From Squalus acanthias (Eukaryota): a stretch of 64,000 bases of DNA. Of the stretch, positions 62,095-64,000 are shown in pieces. The stretch covers positions 16,678,001 through 16,742,000 of the forward strand of contig CM059452.1 in NCBI GenBank assembly GCA_030390025.1, in the 5' to 3' direction. The first letter of the stretch is position 1. Every line of letters starts with the position of its first letter. A program made the position numbers and the translations under genes. A model generated the notes under the pieces. That model was not told where the DNA came from, made no database searches, and saw only the letters and a program-made list of their open reading frames with translations.

Positions 62095-63330
62095 TATAGT
62101 CATAGAGTCATAGAGTCATAACGGCACAGAAGGAGGCCATTACTTCCATCGAGTCGGTGCCGGCTCTCCGTAGAGCAATCAAGTCAGTCCCATGCCCCCA
62201 CTCTATCCCCGTAGCCCTGCAAGTATATATCCCTCAAGTGCCTATCCAGTCTCCCCTTCAAAACATTGAGTGCCTCCGATTCTAGCACTTCATTCGGCAG
62301 CGAGTTCCAGGTCCTCACCACTCGCTGCATAAAAAAGATTTTCCTCACGTTCACCCTGTATCTCTTGCCCAAAACCATAAATGTGTGTCCCCTAGTCCTT
62401 GTACTATCAACTTTTGGGAACAGCCTTTCCCCGTCTAACCTATCCAAAACCGTCATAATCTTGTACACCTCTATCAAATCACCCCTCAACCTGCTTTGCT
62501 CTAATGAAAACAAATCCAGCATCTCCAACCTGACCTTGTAGCTAAGATCCCCCATCCCCGGAACCATTCTGGTAAATCTCCTCTGTTCCCTCTCAAGGGC
62601 CTTCATAACCTTCCAAAAGTGTGGTTACCAGAGCTGGACGCAATACTCCATTTGCGGCCTAACCAGCGCTTTAAAAAGGTTCAGCATAACGTCTCTACTT
62701 TTGTACTCAATACCTCTATTTATGAAGCCCAAGATCACATATGCTTTGCTAAGCACTCTCTCAATATGTCCCGGCAGCTTGAGGGACCTATGCACATTAA
62801 CTCCCCAGTCCTTCTGTCCCTGCACACTCTTTAAAACTGTGCCATTAAGTGTATATTGCCTCTCCCTGTTCCTTCTGTCAAAATGCATCACCTCACACTT
62901 CTCTGTATTACATTCCGTCTGCCATTGTCTGCCCATTCTGCTAGCCTTTCTATATCCTGTTGCTTCGATTGGTGTCATCCTCACTGTTAGCCACACCCCC
63001 AGATTTGATGTCATCGGCAAATTTAGAAATGCTACTCTGTATTCCAATATCCAGGTCATTTATATATTTCAAGAAAATCAGTGGCCCCAGCACTGATCCT
63101 TGGGGAACACCATTGTCTAACATCCTCCAGTCTAAAAAACAGCCATTTACCACAACTCGCTGTTTTCTGTCCTTAAGCCAATTCCTTATCCAAGCTGCCA
63201 CTGACCCACCTATTTCATGAGCCTTAATTTTTTTAACCAGCCTTCTATGTGATACTTTGTCAAACGCTATCCGAAAATCCATGTAGACAACATCCATTGC
63301 ATTCCCTTCATCAATCCTCCCTGTTACTTC
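62095..63330 (-). mobile_element. CR1 LINE fragment
   Basis: ORFs 62950-63297 (DVVYMDFRIAFDKVSH...KFADDIK), 62625-63059 and 62184-62606. (ATAGAGTC)n tail. Confidence 0.93.
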
Positions 63331-63334
63331 CTAT

Positions 63335-64000
63335 TTTTGGCAACTTAAAAAATGTTAACATTTACTTTTCGAAAAAATAATTTAAAAAAATGTTTAATTA
63401 TATTGTATTTTAATAAATTTTAAACCCACGGTTTACGGTTGGAGGCTTCAAGCATGGAAATGCCTCCGATCCACAAATAAAATGCCCGCCTTCCTGGTGG
63501 TCCGGAAGTTACGCATACGCGTGGTCCTGGGCCTCTCTGCGTACCCGCGGGTAGAGGCCCCCGTATCCAGGGGCGCATCCGAAACCCAAGCGCGCCTGGG
63601 ATCACGTGGGCTTGCCCAACGAATTAAAGAAGGACATCCCCATTCATGCTTTTGAGATACTGTATGTACGGAATCCCCATAGGCATGAATGGCAAAACCC
63701 GATTAAGTACATGTACTCATCAAATAAATAATAATAAATTATATATTTAAAATGAATTAAAATGCCTTTCAATTAAATATTTAAAACAATAATTAAATTT
63801 TCTAAAAAATAAATGTAACAGTTTTAAAGGGGCTAAAAATTACCTTACCTCATTGTGCAGGTTTTTTAATGTACAAATAATTTAAATTTTTTTTTTTGTT
63901 TATTTAAACTCTTAAGTTGGTAAAAACAGAGCTTACGCGCGAAAACCTGAAAGTTGCGCGGCCCTTACAGGCACGTACGCCCATTTTAATGATTTATTTT
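63335..64000. mobile_element. Inverted copy of the 24067-24840 family
   Basis: Reverse complement GCCCACGTGATCC...GGCCCAGGACC matches 24649-24740. Confidence 0.5.

Overview
Repeat-rich genomic DNA from a cartilaginous fish, probably a squaliform shark such as a dogfish (inferred from the V sequence). The window holds a nearly complete, unrearranged IgNAR (heavy-chain-only antibody) cluster on the + strand. The order is: octamer/TATA promoter (~33.4 kb), leader, V with a 23-RSS, only two D segments (12/22 and 12/12 RSS), J with a 23-RSS, five C exons, a secretory tailpiece and the TM1 exon (56.1-56.2 kb). Splice sites, promoter motifs and RSS geometry are intact, but the V exon (CDR1) and the C3 exon each lack one base. 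The cluster is therefore either a very young pseudogene or a functional gene with two assembly indels. Bases 1-12.35 kb are a 37-bp C-rich satellite with ~3.8-4.3 kb higher-order duplications. The rest is CR1 and L2-like LINE fragments (several nested), DeuSINE-type SINEs, MITEs, a 51-bp minisatellite, GA/CT microsatellites and three N gaps. Main observations: the two frameshifts; a two-D architecture; a J 23-RSS that looks like a D1-type 12-RSS lengthened by an 11-bp duplication; and a 190-bp templated copy inside the J-C intron. LINE/SINE/MITE family assignments and boundaries are by eye and approximate.
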